Shown: positions 60,960-64,000 of the stretch, piece after piece
Layout: each line of letters starts with the position of its first letter
Position numbering within the stretch: position 1 is the first letter of the stretch
Assembly (NCBI GenBank): GCA_964016885.1
Contig: OZ024750.1
Location: forward strand, 52,824,001-52,888,000
DNA length: 64,000 nucleotides
Source: Eledone cirrhosa
Lineage: Eukaryota
Direction of reading: 5' to 3'
The notes under the pieces: model-generated
The model's input: the letters and a program-made list of their open reading frames with translations, nothing else
Told to the model about the DNA's origin: nothing
Databases searched by the model: none
Translations under genes and position numbers: made by a program

Positions 60960-63900
60960 CTCTTTCTCTTAATTTCGAGTATATTTTTTTCACCGGCCAC
61001 CTTCCTGTTGGCAAGGTTGTAAAAGAAAAGAAATTGTGATCTCTTGAATCGCAAGAATGTTTTGAATATTTTAAAGGTGCCACCTATTGCAGCCATTTGT
61101 AGTCTATGAATTAGGAAGCTGCACTCTTTGTCCAAAAATCCAAGTTCAGTCATACTTTGGTCCAAACGGGTTGGTATATAACCTGTAACTCCAATAATGA
61201 TGGGTATGAAGCTGAAAGTGTATCTTGGATACTGGATTTGTAAACTCCTCATCAATGGTTCGTAGATGTCCTCCTTCTCCTGTATTTTTCTTACAACGTT
61301 GACATCAAGTGAACACAGCTGATCTCTACAACTGAGCACATTTTCAATGTGTGGTCCAAAACAACAATATCAGGGTGGTTGTGTTTTTATTTGGTGGCAG
61401 TTTTTATTGTCAGGTTCCACCAGTATTCCTTAGTGCCATCAATCTCAACATATTCCTCCTCAACTGTTTTTAATTTTGTTTTCCTAGGTGCGCTCCAGAT
61501 GGTTCTATCTATCACATCGTGTCTCATAGGGAGCTAGTAGTGAGACAATATTCTTTTGCCGTTGGCAACAATGTGGCTAACATCTTCGATTTTTGTTTTA
61601 CATAGCCTACATTTATTGTCAATTGATGGCCCTCCTCTTTTGTGTAGCAGATATTTGGTAGGGATTTCTTGTTCCTGTATTCCATAGAGATATCCTTCAA
61701 GGTGGGATGTCAATCACTTGTCGGAAGTTCATGCCAGGCTTTTTGAATGATTTATCCCCTCTATGGTCTATGTTTTTCGTCTCAGATACCCATGCACAAC
61801 TTTCTCTGAAATTGGTCTATTTTTTTATCCTATCCGAACATTGAATAAGATATTCCAATGTTCCTGGAAGAGAGATTTGTATCAGGCCTTATGCCATATC
61901 TCTCCTCCAGATCAGTGGCTATCCTAATGATATTATTTACTTCATGCTCATAAACCTGGGCAAGATGGTTGCTGACCTTTTTCTTCTACTGAAGATGTTG
62001 CTTCAGTGTTACTATTCGGGCCTTGTATGATGTTAATTTGGATTTTAGATCCCAGCCACCTTCCTTGCCTGAGAAGTATAGCCTATCCACATCACCATTG
62101 ATGTTAAAGTTCCCAGTAACACTGAGAAGCTTGCAAGTTCTTACCATCTCACTTAGTTCTTGCAATGACCAGTTCAGCAGACTATATGTTGGCGTTAGCA
62201 TTGGCACATAAGTATTGTGGACAATGTATTTGTTGTATGCTGAATTCAGTTCTGGTTTTCTCCTTATTTATGGGTCCATCATATCTGGCATTCTCATCCT
62301 GTCCAAGATATCTGTAGTTGTCACCTCACTGTAGAGGTTGTATTGTCAAGCCATTCTTCTCTAGATTTCCAGAGGAAGACACAATCCTTCCATGTTTTAC
62401 TGTCAAATATGCACATTTGAACTCACTAAATTTCATTCTGATATCTGCAGAAAGTTGTGTAATGAGGTCCAATTGTTTCTTGATGTCATTGATATTTGGC
62501 CCATACAACTTCAGGTCATCAACAAAGAAAAGATGGGAGACCCACTTCTATGACCACTTTGTTTTGTGAGCAGGGATGAGAGTGGGTTTAGTGAGAGGAC
62601 GAAGAGCAGTACTGATAAGCTGTCACCCTGAAAGATGCCTTGCTGTTAGTGTATTGTATCAGTCTTAATTTTCTCCTTCTCACCCCTAAGGATCAAATTG
62701 GTGTACCAGTTCTTGATCAGGCGTTTAACAGCAACTACTAGTTGTTGTGGAACTTTGGTTAGCTGTAAAGCCTTAATCCACCCATGAGGTACACTATCAA
62801 AATCCTTTTGATAGTCCAGCCACACCACAGTCATGTTCCTGCGATTCTTTGCTGTTTTTTCTTGTATCATTTTATTTGTTAGTACGTGATCTATGCAGCT
62901 CCACACCTCCCTCTTTCCACCAGCACAGATGATAGAATTTCGTTGGTGGCACAACGATCCTGTAAGAACAGATTAAGGCACCCAGTGTATAATTTATACA
63001 TGATGTTCTGGCAGGCTATTGGGCGGTAATTTTTAGCAAGGGTGGTCTGGCTATTTGTTGGGATGAGGAGAGTAATGGCAGTTGATAACCATTGGGACAG
63101 TTCTTGTGTCCCTTTGATGGTTTTTCTAAGCAGCCATATGAGATCTTGCTGATAGAAGGTGAAATTCTCCAGCCAGTATCCTGTTATGAGGTCTGGGCCA
63201 GGTGATTTCCTATTCGACATTTTCGGTAGAGTTGTTTCCAGTATTGACCCATCTATGTCATATTGTTTTGTATGGACATGCTGGCAGTATTCCTGTTCCA
63301 GTTCTTTTAGCCATTTAGTTTGTTTGTTAAATCCGTCATTCGTTTCCCATACAGATCTCCAGTAGCTCTCAACCTGTTCTTTTGTAGGGGTGTCATTTAC
63401 AGAGATTGAGCTTTTCCCATTGAAGCTAATTTAGGATCTCTCACAAATAATCTATTTAGCATTTGCCGTTTATATGCTGTTGACTTATATTTTAGTCTTT
63501 CTGTTGCAGCCATGAGTTGTTGTTTCAACTGGTGTAGTTTGGAGTTTAGAGCTTTAAATCTTGTATCTCCAAATCGCCTCTTGTTTTTCTCTTACGTCTT
63601 CCTGATGTCGTGTGAAGTTGCTCTCTATGTTGCATTTTATAAATAGTAATCTATGCGATACTTTGTCTGAGGGATACATTTTTTTAAAACCACACTGGTT
63701 CGGGCTTTCTGTTTGTATCTTAGGTGCGTGGTTTTAGTTGTTTATGATAGGATAGCAATGTGATAGCTGACATATATAACAAAATATTAATAATTCATAT
63801 GTCGTTTCCACACCTTTGGATCGTGTGGCCTTCAGATAATTGTCAGCTATTTTGTTTACTGCTTCCAATTCCAATTTAGTGGGTTCTTTACTGATTCTAG

Positions 63901-64000
63901 TGTGGTATGGTCTGTTACTCACATTATGGCTGTGTATCTTTTGAAACATATCGTCCCATATCACTTGTAATGTATCCACAAGTTTTTGGTGTTCTGTTTG
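60960..64000 (-). mobile_element. Second, divergent R4/Dong-like element, head-to-tail with the first
   Basis: KSPGPDLITGYW, KNYRPIACQNIMYKLY, WLDYQKDFDSVPH, DVDRLYF..GG and YEPLMRSLQIQYPRYTFSFIPIIIGVTG. Many frameshifts. Confidence 0.86.

Overview
Eukaryotic, AT-rich, almost entirely repetitive DNA. The SINE families and the (TA)n/(ATG)n landscape suggest an Octopus-type cephalopod genome (inference). No intact protein-coding gene is visible. The window holds about 9 decayed RTE-clade LINE copies (one family with a PHD-like C4HC3 finger inside ORF2, another with two C-terminal C2H2 fingers), Penelope-like element (PLE) fragments with RT and GIY-YIG domains, two tandem R4/Dong-like RLE retroelements, an internally deleted DD37D (maT) Tc1/mariner element, a 77-bp MITE, many tRNA-derived SINEs, and seven minisatellite/satellite arrays (15, 15, 26, 29, 30, 49 and 78 bp units), several traceable to neighbouring TE sequence. 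One 81-nt candidate host exon lies on the minus strand. The most notable signal is a set of hammerhead ribozyme (HHR) motifs: three with intact cores (26241+, 27088-, 9971-) and several degenerate ones. Most lie in short non-coding fold-back or repeat elements embedded in (TA)n tracts, and in several the fold-back axis coincides with HHR structural elements. Everything was read by eye; TE boundaries are approximate.
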